Shown here one piece after another: positions 36,851-49,738 of a DNA stretch of 64,000 bases (the stretch's first letter is position 1; each line of letters starts with the position of its first letter). Below the pieces are notes generated by a model, which was not told where the DNA came from, did not search any database, and saw only the letters and a program-made list of their open reading frames with translations. This DNA comes from Octopus vulgaris (Eukaryota): assembly GCA_951406725.2 (NCBI GenBank), contig OX597814.1:95728001-95792000 (forward strand). Direction: 5' to 3'. The position numbers and the translations under genes are program-made.

Positions 36851-37081
36851 TGGCTGAGCTGGCAGAAACGTCAGCACGCTGGGCGAAATGCTTAGCGGTA
36901 TTTTGTCTGCCGTTACGTTCTGAGTTCAAATACTGCCGAGGTCGACTTTGCCTTTCATCCTTCCGGGGTCGATTAAATAAGTACCAGTTACACACTGGGG
37001 TCGATATAATCGACTTAATCTGTTTGTCTCTCCTTGTTTGTCCGCTCTGTGTTTAGCCCCTTGTGGGTAGTAAAGAAATAG
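36851..37081 (+). mobile_element. tRNA-derived SINE family B (Meta-domain-like core)
   Basis: B box GAGTTCAAATAC; core GACTTTGCCTTTCATCCTTCCGGGGTCGATTAAATAAGTACCAG resembles the MetaSINE central domain; CpG-rich, so probably young. Confidence 0.82.
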
Positions 37082-37211
37082 ATATTACATTCTCTTCTGT
37101 TACGTTGATGTAATCAATGGTTGCCTCTTTTCCAAATAGATTCATTACATCAAAAACCTACTTCAGCTTCTTTATTTGCATATTTTCCAGTAGAAAAAAA
37201 CACTTTGGAGT

Positions 37212-37277
<66 letters not shown>

Positions 37278-37568
37278 ATACATATAAACACACAAATGAT
37301 GATGATGATGATGATATGTGCATATGTATACATACACATATATATGTATACATATGTATATGTACATATATATACATTTGTATCTATATACATCTGGATA
37401 TATACATATATATACATATAAACATATATACACATTTGTATCTATAAACATCTGGATATATACATATATATACATATAAACATATATATATTCACATACG
37501 TTTCATGACGTCCTGCGCCCACATATGTATATATACATACATATATATATACATACATATATATACAC

Positions 37569-37613
<45 letters not shown>

Positions 37614-38136
37614 CACATACATATATATACACATACATATATACATACATATATATACACATACACATACATATATATACACATACATATACACATATAT
37701 ACACATACATATATACATACATATATATATATTTGTGTTATTATATGATTGAATGCCACGCATCCTCTTCCAAGTGAGTTTTATCTTAATAGTTCTGATG
37801 TGTACTCTATATAATCTTTTTACTGTTTCGTTTTTTTCCTTTCTCTCCCTTATTCTTTTACATCCTCTTCTCCCACTATTCTATCCTATTACTCTGTCAC
37901 ACTCACTCTTTTACTCACCTTCCCTTGCTCATGAGGCTCCTATGTGACCATCGGCCATCTTTCTTTCTTCTATTTTGCAATTTCTTTCTTTGTCTCTGTT
38001 GTAGCTGGAACAAGGAAGACGTGTTCTTGTCTGTCTCCTGTCCAAGCTTGATTTACACATTTGCCACCACAATCGCATTTGGCGAGGCAGTCCTTCATGT
38101 CTGTTGTCACTGTCCTGTTTGTGTTATATGTATATA

Positions 38137-38580
38137 TCATCATCATTGTTGATTAATGTCCGATTTCCATGCTGGCATGTGTTGGATGGTTAGACCGAGA
38201 ACTGGTGAGCCAAAGGCTCAATCTGGTCTGGCAAAGTTTCAACAGCTGGATGCCCTTCCTAATGCAAACTACTCCGAGAGTGTAGCAGGTGCTTTTTACG
38301 TGCCACCAGAACGAGGGCCAGTCAGGCAGTTCTGACAACTATGACGCTCAAAAGTTGTTTTTACATGCTACCTGCACAGGAGCCAGTTCGGCAGCACTGG
38401 CAACAACCACGCTCAACTGTTGTTTTTCACATGCCACTGGCACATGCACCAGCAAGGCGATGCTGGCAATGATCATGCTCGAATGGTGGTTTTTACGTGC
38501 CAGTGACATGGGAGCCAATCAGCGGTCCTAGCAACGATCCCGCTCGGATTGTGCTTTTAACGAGTGCCAATCAGGCGGTA
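38137..38580 (-). mobile_element. RTE 3' UTR fragment (inverted) with several 66-nt repeat units
   Basis: Reverse complement of the 3' UTR seen at 28600-28970 and 42000-42388. Confidence 0.8.
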
Positions 38581-38599
38581 CTGTCATCCACCACATCAG

Positions 38600-39244
38600 C
38601 AATTTCAATTATAGATATATCACTATCAGAACTAGAGGAAAAGTTTCAGGTGTGGAAGCAAGGATTAGAATCAAAGAGCCTTAGAATTAACCTAGCTAAA
38701 ACCAAAGTCTTAATAAGTAGGAAAGCAGACAAACCACAAATCCCTTCAGGTAGATGACCCTGCCCGATCTGTGGAAAAGGCGTAGGTAGAAACTCCATAA
38801 GATGTACCCAGTGTAAGCTATGGATACATAAGAGGTGCAGCAATATCAAAGGGGAGCTAACTGGGAAGATAGTTTTTGTATGTGGCAAATGCTCAGGTGC
38901 TATAAACAGAGAAAATGTGCAGAGAACAGCTTCTGTCACATTCCAGGGAGAAAAACTAGAAGTACTTGATAGCTTCCGTTACCTAGGTGACCAAGTCAGT
39001 AGCGGGCATTGATGCTCTGAAAGTGTAGCTGCTAGAATAAGAATAGCCTAGGCAAAGTTCTGAGAGCTCCTACCTCTGCTGGTGACAAAGGGCCTCTCGC
39101 TCAGAGTAAAAGGTAGACTGTATGATGCACGTGTGTGAACTGTCATACTCCATAGCAGTGAAACATGGGCCGTGACTGCTGAGGACATGCGTAAGCTTGC
39201 AAGGAATGAAGTCAGTATGCTCTGCTGGATGTGTAATGTCAGTG
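38600..39244 (+). mobile_element. RTE-clade LINE fragment, same family (post-RT region)
   Basis: LEEKFQVWKQGLESKSLRINLAKTKVLI; CPICGKGVGRNSIRCTQCKLWIHKRCS...VCGKC; DSFRYLGDQ; KGLSLRVKGRLYDA. Confidence 0.88.
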
Positions 39245-40870
39245 GTTGAGAATTCCACTGTGCATTACTTGAGTTGGGTATTTTTTGAAAATCTATAGCC
39301 GGAAATTTTCTGGTTTCTTCAAAGAAACGAAAAACTCTGGTCAAATGAAACAGAAATTTCATGTCATCTCACCATCCTGGTGATTCAGTAATATTTTTTT
39401 TACCATTGTTGAAATTAGCCTGGAGTTTCTCCTAATTATTTAGAAGCTCTGGGATGAATGTATATTCAGTCTTGGAAGATGACATTTTTTCTCCAAGTTT
39501 GTTATCCATTACAACACAAAGATCTCTATCAAGGATATCATGCTGACAACCAGTAAATTGCAGTTCTTTCAAATCCTTTTGAGAAAACAATTTTTGCAAC
39601 TGAATGACAATGCCATTTCTTTTCCTAGTGTTCACACTCATATCAGCAACAATCATCTTTACACAGTTCCATAGACTGTATTCATCTAAAACGGCTGTTA
39701 TTCCTTTCACAACAGTATCAGCTTTTCATTTGGGTAATTGGATTTCTTCCAACTTAACTTCTCCCTGTTCATTCTTTAAAACTAGCACTTGGTGTTCTTG
39801 GTCATCAATACGTTTACCATCAAGATGCAATGACCAATTTTCTAAATGTAGTGTTTGCTTCATTTTCATTTTTAGTTTAACTGCTTCTTTGATAGTCGAT
39901 CAGTAAATACCAGATTGGGAAGGAGTCTCGACATTGATTCCATCTTGAGATAACTGTTGACAAACTGTTACTGCTTTTGGGGTTGATAGCATGGAAGATA
40001 TTACTACTTGGTTGCAGTTCCAGTTTTGCTATGCTTCCTCCTTGTTTGTGTGGATTTTTCATCTGATTTTTCAGACTCTTGATATTCACTTTCAGTCTCT
40101 GCTTCAGATGTTGACAATGAAACTGGAGTTGCTCTGGTTGAAGTTGGCATTAAGGATACTTTTTTTCGTATGTTTAGATGGATAGTTTTGGAGCTGGCTG
40201 CCTTTTCAGTTCCATACCCAACCTGTCCCTTGCATTCAGTTTTCCCTTGTGATGTCAAAAACTCCTTTCAATGAATTGTATTTACCCCGTTTTGCACATT
40301 TATCATATGTATTCAACACCTTTTCTACTTTTGCTTGTACATTTTGAATTGATAGATACATGAAATTTAATTTCTTTTGCTATAAAAAAGTTACTTCTTT
40401 CAAAATTTCCTTTCTTCTTTCTTTCCTTCCTCTGATGGAACCTCCAAAGAACAAGTAGCGATTGACATTTAAAATTTCATTGGTATCCTGCAGTTGTTTT
40501 CACAAAGAATGCTCTTGATAAACAGGTCTTCTTTTCCTATGTCTTGAAATTGCACGAGATTCTTCATCCAGATTTTTTGTTTCTTTGAGTGACATGAGCA
40601 CTTCGCTTATGAGACAATATTTTAGATACTTCAGTTGGATAAGCCTACTATTCTCAAAAGCAGTTAGTATAGTCAGAGTTTTTAGTGTCACAGAAATAAA
40701 AAGGAGGAAGATATTTCCTAAAGTAGAGCCTAAGTGGTAACAAGTTAAAAACTCCATAACCCCTAAACTACTTAAACTTGAAAGCTGAAATTTGAGATAT
40801 ACTGCTTCTGCATTGTATTAAGTCAGCACACCAAGTTAACTTGAGTAGGCATTATGAACACCCCTAGAAT
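39245..40870 (-). mobile_element. Degenerate DNA transposase, hAT-superfamily-like (possibly hATm)
   Basis: WSLHLDGKRI, MIVAD.SVNT..RNG and GCQHDILD (CxxH-type) motifs across frameshifted ORFs; TAGGGGTG-like end near 40866. The subfamily is inferred. Confidence 0.6.
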
Positions 40871-41542
40871 TTTGCATGATTTGAGTCAAAAGTAGTGTTA
40901 GATTTCTTCAGTTAGGGGAGACATTAAAAAAAAACAAAAAAACTTAGAGGTTATTTTCCCTACTTATATGAAATTGTTCAATGACATTTGATACATGAAA
41001 TTGTTTATTTAAAAAAAAACTCAAAAAGGCATAACCCAAATACATACATACTTGGAAATGGATGCACCACGTTCAAATAATAAATATATATATACACACA
41101 CACACACACATATCATGCATGCATATATCGGTACAGGATGTCACCAATAAGGCAAATAACATGAAATATGTAAGCAAATGAGTCAAATACGTAAACAATA
41201 AGAAAAAACGGAAAACGGGACAAGTAAACAAAAAGAAAAGACCCTTCATCAGTTGTCAGCTATCTAGACAGCACGTAATTTTGTCAGTGAACAGGTTATG
41301 GTTTCAAAGTGATGAAAATATTTTGACAAATTAAATTTAAATGTTGAAGTGAATCTAATGGTTTTTGTGTGTTTTTAAATGGCTTATAAACACCTTCCAT
41401 GCTACAATTGTCTTTGTTTCACCACATGATCTCAGATCAAGTCACTTGCTATGCAAGTACATCTCTAATATTATTTATTATATATATATACACACATGCA
41501 CATATACACATATATATATATACATACATATATAAATATATG

Positions 41543-42388
41543 AAGACATGCGTAAGTTTGCAAGGAATTAAGCCAGTATGCTCCGCTGGATGTGTCAGTG
41601 TGCATACATGACAGGGTGTAAGCGCCCTGAGAGGAAAGTTGGATTTAAGAAGCATCAGTTGTGGTGTGCAAGAGAGACGACTGCACTGGTATGGTCATGT
41701 GTTGCGAGTGAATGAGGACAGCTGTGTGAAAAAGTGTCACATCCGAGCAGTTGAGGGAACCTATGTAAGAGGTAGACCCAGGAAGACCTGGGATGAGGTG
41801 AAGCACGACCTTTGGAGATATGCTGTGGTTGAGAAGACTCGACAAGCCAAGTGAGACCATAGCCTGTGGCCTATGCCAGTGGATGTAACTGGGCCACTTA
41901 TAAGTACCCCTCATTCACTGGACAATAAACTTCACTTGTGAAGACCTGATGAGGCTAGTGAAATCAAAATCGCTGACATGGACGAGAACAGTACCGCCCG
42001 ATTGGCACTCGTGCCAGTAGAACATTAAAAGCTCATCCGAGCATGACTGTTGCCATGGCCACAGATTGGCTTCCGTGCCGGTGGCACATGAAAAACAACA
42101 TTCAAGCGTGGTCGTTGCCAATACCACTGGACTGGCTTCCATGCGGGCATAATGTAATAAACACTTTTTGAGCATGGCTGTTGCCAGAACAGCAGGACTG
42201 GCCCATGAGCCGGTGGCATGTAAAAGCACCCACTACACACTCAGAGTGGTTGGCTTTAGAAAGGCATCCAGCTGAAGAAACTTAGCCATATTAAATTGGA
42301 GTCTGAAGCAGCCTTCTGGTTTGTCAGTCCTCAGTCAAACCGTCCAACACATGCCAGCATGGAAATCAGACATTAAATGACAATGATA
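41543..42388 (+). mobile_element. RTE-clade LINE 3' end
   Basis: RRLHWYGHVLR...GRPRKTWDEV, then the 66-nt repeat array and the conserved terminal GCATGGAAA...TTAAATGA tail. Confidence 0.88.
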
Positions 42389-42619
42389 TATACATACATA
42401 TACAAGCATATATACATACATACACACACACACACATATATATATACAAACATATATACATAAACGCATATATATATATTACATTGTGTGGAATTTGATT
42501 TCGTATTTCTAAATTGAATTCTTTTTCCTTGTAAGTTTGGATTTTATTCCCTCAAATAATAATTATTATATACATACATACATATATTTATATACATATA
42601 TATATACACACATATATGT

Positions 42620-43235
42620 ATCCACATTTACAGATATACATGTATATACACACATATACGTATACACATTTACAGATATACATATATATACATACACACA
42701 TTTACAGATATACATATATATATATACATACATATACACATTTACAGATATACATATATATATATACATACATATACACATTTACAGATATACATATATA
42801 TACATACATATACACATTTACAGATATATATATATACATACATATACACATTTACAGATATATATATATACATACATATACACATTTACAGATATATATA
42901 TATATACATACATATACACATTTACAGATATATATATATATACATACATATACACATTTACAGATATATATATATATACATACATATACACATTTAGAGG
43001 TATACATATATATACATACATACACACATTTACAGGTATACATATTTATACATACATATACACATTTACAGGTATACATATTTATACATACATATACACA
43101 TTTACAGATATACATATATATACATACATATACACATTTACATGTATACATATATATACATACATATACACATTTACAGATACACATATATACATACATA
43201 TACACATTTACAGATATACATACATTTACAGATAT
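42620..43235 (+). repeat. ~28-32-bp minisatellite (CATATACACATTTACAGATATACATATATATA)n
   Basis: About 20 tandem units with an invariant ACATTTACAG core. Confidence 0.92.
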
Positions 43236-43338
43236 ACATATATATATATATACACAAACATACATACACACACTGACAGATATATATACAGATACATATA
43301 TATATATATATAGGTACATACATATGTATATATATATA

Positions 43339-43641
<303 letters not shown>

Positions 43642-44111
43642 CATATATAGGTACATACATATGTATATATACATATATGCATAAATACATATATACACAT
43701 ACATATACATACATACATATATGCACACACATGAGGGTCTACTTTCAGTCTCTATTAAACCCACTCGCAAGGCTTTTGTTGGGATGAAGATTTAGTGAAG
43801 CACCCATACGCACATGTATGTGTGTGTGTATGATATGTTCACATTCACTTTCTCATGGTCACTTAAGTCAAACAGAATGTATTAAGTTGAGGCATATTTT
43901 CTATGGCCAGATGCCCTTCCTGTCTCCAACCCTCACACATTTGGAAGTGTAAACTGAAATATTAGAATGTTTCCCAAGCTTTAATATAGCTAAAAAATGG
44001 GTATAGAGAGAGAGAAATATTTCTCACTTTTCACCCTTTTGTTATTAGTTTATATACATATATATATATATGTGTGCGTGTGTGTGTGTATATCTATATA
44101 TATGTAAAGTG

Positions 44112-44142
<31 letters not shown>

Positions 44143-44334
44143 CTATATATATGCATATGTGTATATTATATATCTATATATATATATATATATATATGCA
44201 CATTTGTATATGTATATATATATGTGTACATGTATATATATGTATCTATGAGTGTATGCATAAATGTATGTATATATATATATGTGTGTATGTATATATG
44301 TGCATATGTATTTCTATGTGTATATGTATGTCAA

Positions 44335-44542
44335 AATGTGACCTCGTGTGTACCGTTGACGATTTTTTTCCCTCTGTCTTCCCTTCTCTGGATCTTTCCT
44401 TCTCCTATGTTTCCAATGAAGAGCTCCGCTCAAAACGTTAAACCCTCCTTCTTCCCTTCTTTCCTGAGCGTCCAATAATACTATATTTGTTCCACGTCCT
44501 CGCGTTGTTGTGTTTTTTTGTGTTTTCTTGTTTGGATTAACT
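44335..44542 (+). mobile_element. Penelope-like terminal-repeat relic with a degenerate minimal hammerhead
   Basis: GTTT-CCAATGA-A-GAGC-TCC-GCTC-AAAA-CGTT-AAAC; flanked by microsatellites. Confidence 0.55.
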
Positions 44543-44543
44543 T

Positions 44544-44575
<32 letters not shown>

Positions 44576-45579
44576 AATATATATATATGATCTTTGTTTC
44601 AATTAAATTTGAAAATAAGAATTTGCTATATATTGATATTTGTGTATGTGTGTGTGTATATAAAACCTCTACTTCAACAGACACACACACACACATATAT
44701 GTATGTATATATAAAACTTCTACATGTATGTGTATAGTTGCAATCATAAGAATTTAGAAATGCCAAGAGAACATGATATAATTTTGGGGGTAATGTTGGA
44801 TCATGAAGCAGATAAGGCTATAAATAATAGCCTTCAGGTTTTCTATCCCAAATTAAAAAAAAAATATTTACACACTATTATTTATAGTTTATCTGCTTCA
44901 ACGATCCAACATTCCAAAAAAAATTATAAATATCCACACAACTATCTATACTTTTATGCATATATACACTTGCACATGTCAATATATACTTAACGGACGT
45001 TAAACGATGATGATGATGATGATGATACACGTGATTGTATCTCTATAAGTATGTATAAATACACACACACAATATGTCTGTATGTAACAGCTTTGGTACA
45101 ATTCCCATTTATTCAACTTCTACTCATAAAACACTGGTCAGCTTTTGGCTATGATGGAAGCTATATATCTAGTAGGTCATATAGGATCAGGCTCAGAACA
45201 CTATGATTATGAAATAAACATGTTAAACACACAGTAAAACCTGCACTCCTATCTGTAGTTATCACTCTTGGTGATTTCTCTGTTCACAACTCTCATTCCT
45301 CCTGGCACTCCTCCAGTAGCTGACACAGAAATTGAATCTTTTGCCTTTCTGCACCCCTTACAACAATTATTACCATCATCCATTTATATCTATGATCAAT
45401 GCTCAGATATTTACAATACTCTTTATCTCTTTCTTTCTTTCTTCCAAAACCAGTTTTTATCAAACTATCATTGAAACATTGCCTAAAGATGGTTTCCTAC
45501 CACACAGCCCCATACTGATTAACACCAATATCATATCCACCCAACTGCAAATCCCCAGAAACTCAATGGAGATAGTTAA

Positions 45580-45799
45580 CCCTTTAGTATTCAGATTACT
45601 CTGTCAAATGTAAAGCCTGTTTAATTACATTGTTTTAAATTAGCTGTACAGCATCTTGTAACTCTGAGATTTTGATGATGTCCCTGTTTATTTTTAGAAT
45701 AACTTTGTAGGGTAGGTGTGAGAGGTCAGAGCTGGCTGGTTTGAGCAAAAAACAGGAAGACAATTTTGGCCTGATATGGCCGGTTTAAACACTAATGGG
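45580..45799 (+). mobile_element. piggyBac-type MITE family 1
   Basis: TTAA|CCCTTTAGTATT ... ACTAATGGG|TTAA. Confidence 0.85.
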
Positions 45800-46934
45800 T
45801 TAATCTTAGCATTTGAAGTGACAAGAATGTTTTTTCTGTGCGCTGTACTTGAAAAACAAACATGTGAAGCAATTTTAGAAATAACATTTGCATCATTTTT
45901 CTTTAAACATGATGAATTTAAAAGAAACTACTGCTTTTTGTTTTTAGAAATAATTGCCTGCTTACTTTGAAACAAGACACAAAGATCTATGCTTTAATCC
46001 TCAGCAGATTTTTTTTTGTTTTTTTTTTTTAAATATTAATCAAACAAAGAGTGGAAGTACCCATTATTTTCGCAATACTTCCCAGGCTGGTGAGATTTAT
46101 TTGGTTGATGTTCAGTAGGAACATGTATAGGTCAATGTCTGCAATAAATACAAGGGCAAGAAAGGATTGCAAAGGAAGGATTAGAAATATTTAGCGAGGG
46201 ATTACAAGAGAAACACGAGCAGAGAGGGAATTCAAGAAAGCTGACTTTTGGAGAGGAAGTAATAACTAAATAATGTGCTGGTGTATCTTGGTTATGGCAT
46301 AGTATAGAAAGAGAGATAACAGGGTAATGCCATTAGTAGGACAGGTTACAAAATGAAAGGAGGAGGAGGAAATATTGTAACTGAATAAATCATGGGAAGT
46401 TAAGTCAAAAGAAGTTAAAAGTACCTAAGAACAAGACAGGATAAGGTAAAAAAATGAAAAAAACTGGAAAAGTGTGAAAATACTGTGGATAGAGAACTAG
46501 ACTATAGATAATATGGGTGATAGAAGGAGAAATAAATAAGTTTGAATAAAGGTGAAATAAGGATCAGGAAATGGTAAAGAACAGAGTCCACTGTAATAGT
46601 GTCAGATGAGTGAGGATACAGTTTATCAGTGTGCCAGAGCTAAGTTAGCAGTTTCATGCCAATCAGTTGGATTGTCTTTTTGAGGGATGTAGTCTAGGAT
46701 GTCTGTGTGTAATAACAGCCACATACCAGGTGTAGGATGTAGGGAATCTCATGAGCTTTGATTCAGGTTAGTAAACGAGGGGTATTAGTTGCCATTTCTA
46801 GCAGATCAAGTTACCACATAGCAGTATCCTTTTTAGTAGTAAGCAAATATAATTTAGCAGTGAAAGTATATTCAATCTATATGTTGTCTAAACTGTTTTT
46901 GTGTAACTAATGTTAACAGTAAGAGAAATAATTT

Positions 46935-48153
46935 CAAGGGTGGGCTGAAATATTCATATGAAAGAGTGATGCTGGAGCTCTGAACTCTGGCATGCATTCA
47001 TTTCAATTCTTCTTATTAGTAACTGTATTGTTTCTTTCCAGGTAAACTCACATCTGACTGTTCAAAGAATACTTCAAAAGTAACTAATAGTGACTTCTCT
47101 TGAAAATTGGCAAAATTTGGCATTGTTCTGTTATCAAGTACCTGCAGAAAAAAGTTTAGCCCCCCCCCCCCAATGACATCTATGCTGACATGGTTGCTAC
47201 ATTGGAGGATGATGCTCCAGCTTTATCAACAGTGCAAAAGTCAGTAGCTAAATTTAGAAGGGGAAGGGAATGTCTTGAAGATGACACAAGGTCTGGATGT
47301 CTTGCAACTTCCACTACTGAGGAAAACATTGATCATGTTCATCACATGATGATGGGTGACAGATGATTGACTATAAATCAAATAACCAACACTATTAGCA
47401 TATCTCATGAAAGAGTTGTTGAGAATTTTCTGCACAATGAACTTAGCATGATGAAGGTCCAGCTCAATGGGTGCCATGCCTTCTCATACCTGATCGAAAG
47501 TGTACCAGACTGACTACATCATGTGAAAATCTGTTGTTTGAAGCAGATGTAGCTGGTTCCCTTAAACATTTCCTGAGCTAGGATGAGTATTGGGTTCATT
47601 ACTTTGAGCCAGAGACAATCCATGCGGTGGAAACCACCCCTCCTCACCTGCTCAAAAGAAGGCCGCGGTCACTTCATCTGCAGGGAAGGTGATGACCCAG
47701 TTTTCGGGATGCAAAAGGTATTGTGTTTATTGACTATCTTCAAAAGGGCCACAACATAACTGGAGAGTGCTATTCCAACTTGCTGAGGCAGTTACAAAAG
47801 GCTACAAAGACCAAACACCCCAAAAAAAAAAAAACTGATGAAAGAGGCCTAGTTTCAACAGGACAACGCTCCAGTACATGAATCCTTGGTTTCAATGGCT
47901 GCTGTGCGTGACTGACTGAACTGGTTAATCACCCTCCATATTCTCCTGATTTGACCTCATTAGACTATCATCTGTTTCCCTACAAGAAAAATCACTTGGC
48001 TGAGAACCAGTATTGCAGTGATGACATCGTATTTCAAAACCAATGTAAGAAATGTGTGGACCATAAGGAGGACTATATTGAAAAATAATCTTCATTTGGT
48101 CACATTCTATGAGAGTATCTTGATCAGCCTATGACTTTTTCAGCCGATTTTCA
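46935..48153 (+). mobile_element. Near full-length degenerate mariner transposon
   Basis: TIR-like GGCTGAAATATTCATA / TATGACTTTTTCAGCC; frameshifted transposase with KFRRGRECLEDDTRSG, WVP, DEYWVHYFEPET, QQDNAPVH and HPPYSPDL..DYHLF motifs. Confidence 0.9.
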
Positions 48154-48619
48154 CGAGACCTTAAGATTGTTATGTGATTATACTGAAATATAGGTGTATA
48201 GAGAACCAGACTATAGATTAGTTTGTTGAGTATTTGTGGAGTACACTTACTTTTAAATGCTAAGTCCATCTGCACAATCTAGAAAATATTGTTTTTTTTG
48301 TTCACTTCCTGGAGTGTATAGCAGCTCATTTCACAAAAAGACTGTCTGCCTGTGTGTCGATATATAAATGTAGAAGACAACATTATTGTGATCACTATTA
48401 GCTTGTGCTTTTGTATTGGTTTTGTGAGGAGTAGTAGATATGAAGACTGTTAGGCCTGTCATCCTTTGTTTTATTTTGTCTAAAACTATTAATAATGTAA
48501 ACTGAGAAGTCACACATTTCATGAAAAATACATTTTTAAACAACTGATTTTCTTCTCAATTTAATAACTGTGTTCATAACATAATAGAGAGGAACAGATT
48601 CACCTGAGAATACATATAT

Positions 48620-48915
48620 ATCATCATCATCGTTTAACATCTGCTTTCCATGCTAGCATGGGTTGGACGATTTGACTGAGGACTGGCAAACCATATAGCT
48701 GCACCAGGCTCCAATCTTGATCTGGCAGAGTTTCTACTGCTGGATGCCCTTCCTAACGCCAACCACTCCAAGAGTGTAGTGGGTGCTTTTACGTGCCACC
48801 GACACGAAGGCCAGTCAGGTGGTACTGGCAACAGCCATGCTCAAATGGTGTTTTTTACGTGTCACCGGCACAGGAGCCAGTCCAGCGGCACTGGCAACGA
48901 CCTCGCTTGAATGTT
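48620..48915 (-). mobile_element. RTE 3' UTR fragment
   Basis: (CAT)n-CGTTTAAC terminus, CTGGATGCCCTTCCTAACGCCAACCAC block, two repeat units. Confidence 0.8.
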
Positions 48916-49354
48916 TCAATATATACATATTGTTCACATTATTAACAACCCAAGTTACAGACACACAGTTTAAATTCAAATTAAAAAGTTTTGGCTGAAA
49001 AACAAATTCCTACTCTGTTGGTTAAGAAAATAGTTTCATAATATCAGAAAAAAAATGTGAACAAAAAGAATGAAGAAATGATTCTCAAACATATTATAAC
49101 AGCAAAGTGTATGATTTGTTAATTCCCAATTTCTAATTCCTTAATCAAAAACACAGTAACTATGTATAGCAGTGGAATGCTCACCTACCACATATGTGAG
49201 TTTTATTCCTAGTCACTGTAACTTAGAAGCATAGCTTTCAAAACCAAGTGGTTTGAGATTTGGTACCACCATATGCTACCTTGGTTGACAGTGTTTGACT
49301 TCAGCTTCAAGTTGAACTATAGCTTTTGTGAATGCAATTAGTAAATGGATAGAT

Positions 49355-49738
49355 GCAGGCATAGTTGTATGCTAAGGAATTTGGTTCCAGACCACATGAG
49401 TCTAAGTTCAGTCCCACTGCAGAGCATCTTGGACAAGTGTCTTCTACTACAGTAACAGGTTAACCAAAGCCTTGAGTGGACCTGGTAGATGAAAACTGAA
49501 AGAAGCCCATCATGTGTATGTATTTGCCTCCTTGCCTTGACATTGCATAATAGTTGCAAAAATGATCGTCACTGTCAAACAAACAGTGTCATTCAATGAG
49601 AATATACCTGGCCATAGGAAATATTACCTTGCTTGGAAACAGAGTGAGTGACAGGAAGGACATCTGGCCACAGAAAATCTATATCAGTACATGCTGTCTG
49701 ACCAAAGCAAGCATGGCAAAGTAGATGTAAAATGATGA
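49355..49738 (+). mobile_element. SINE with family-A head and RTE-like (GAT) tail (inverted relative at ~11850-12150)
   Basis: Family-A tRNA head and core, followed by a different 3' half ending CAAGCATGGCAAAGTAGATGTAAAATGATGA, like the RTE terminus. Confidence 0.72.

Noticed and set aside
41946-41964. Hammerhead core CTGATGAGGCTAGTGAAA
   Set aside because: No stem II. The equivalent RTE position at ~28575 reads differently, so this is a chance match.
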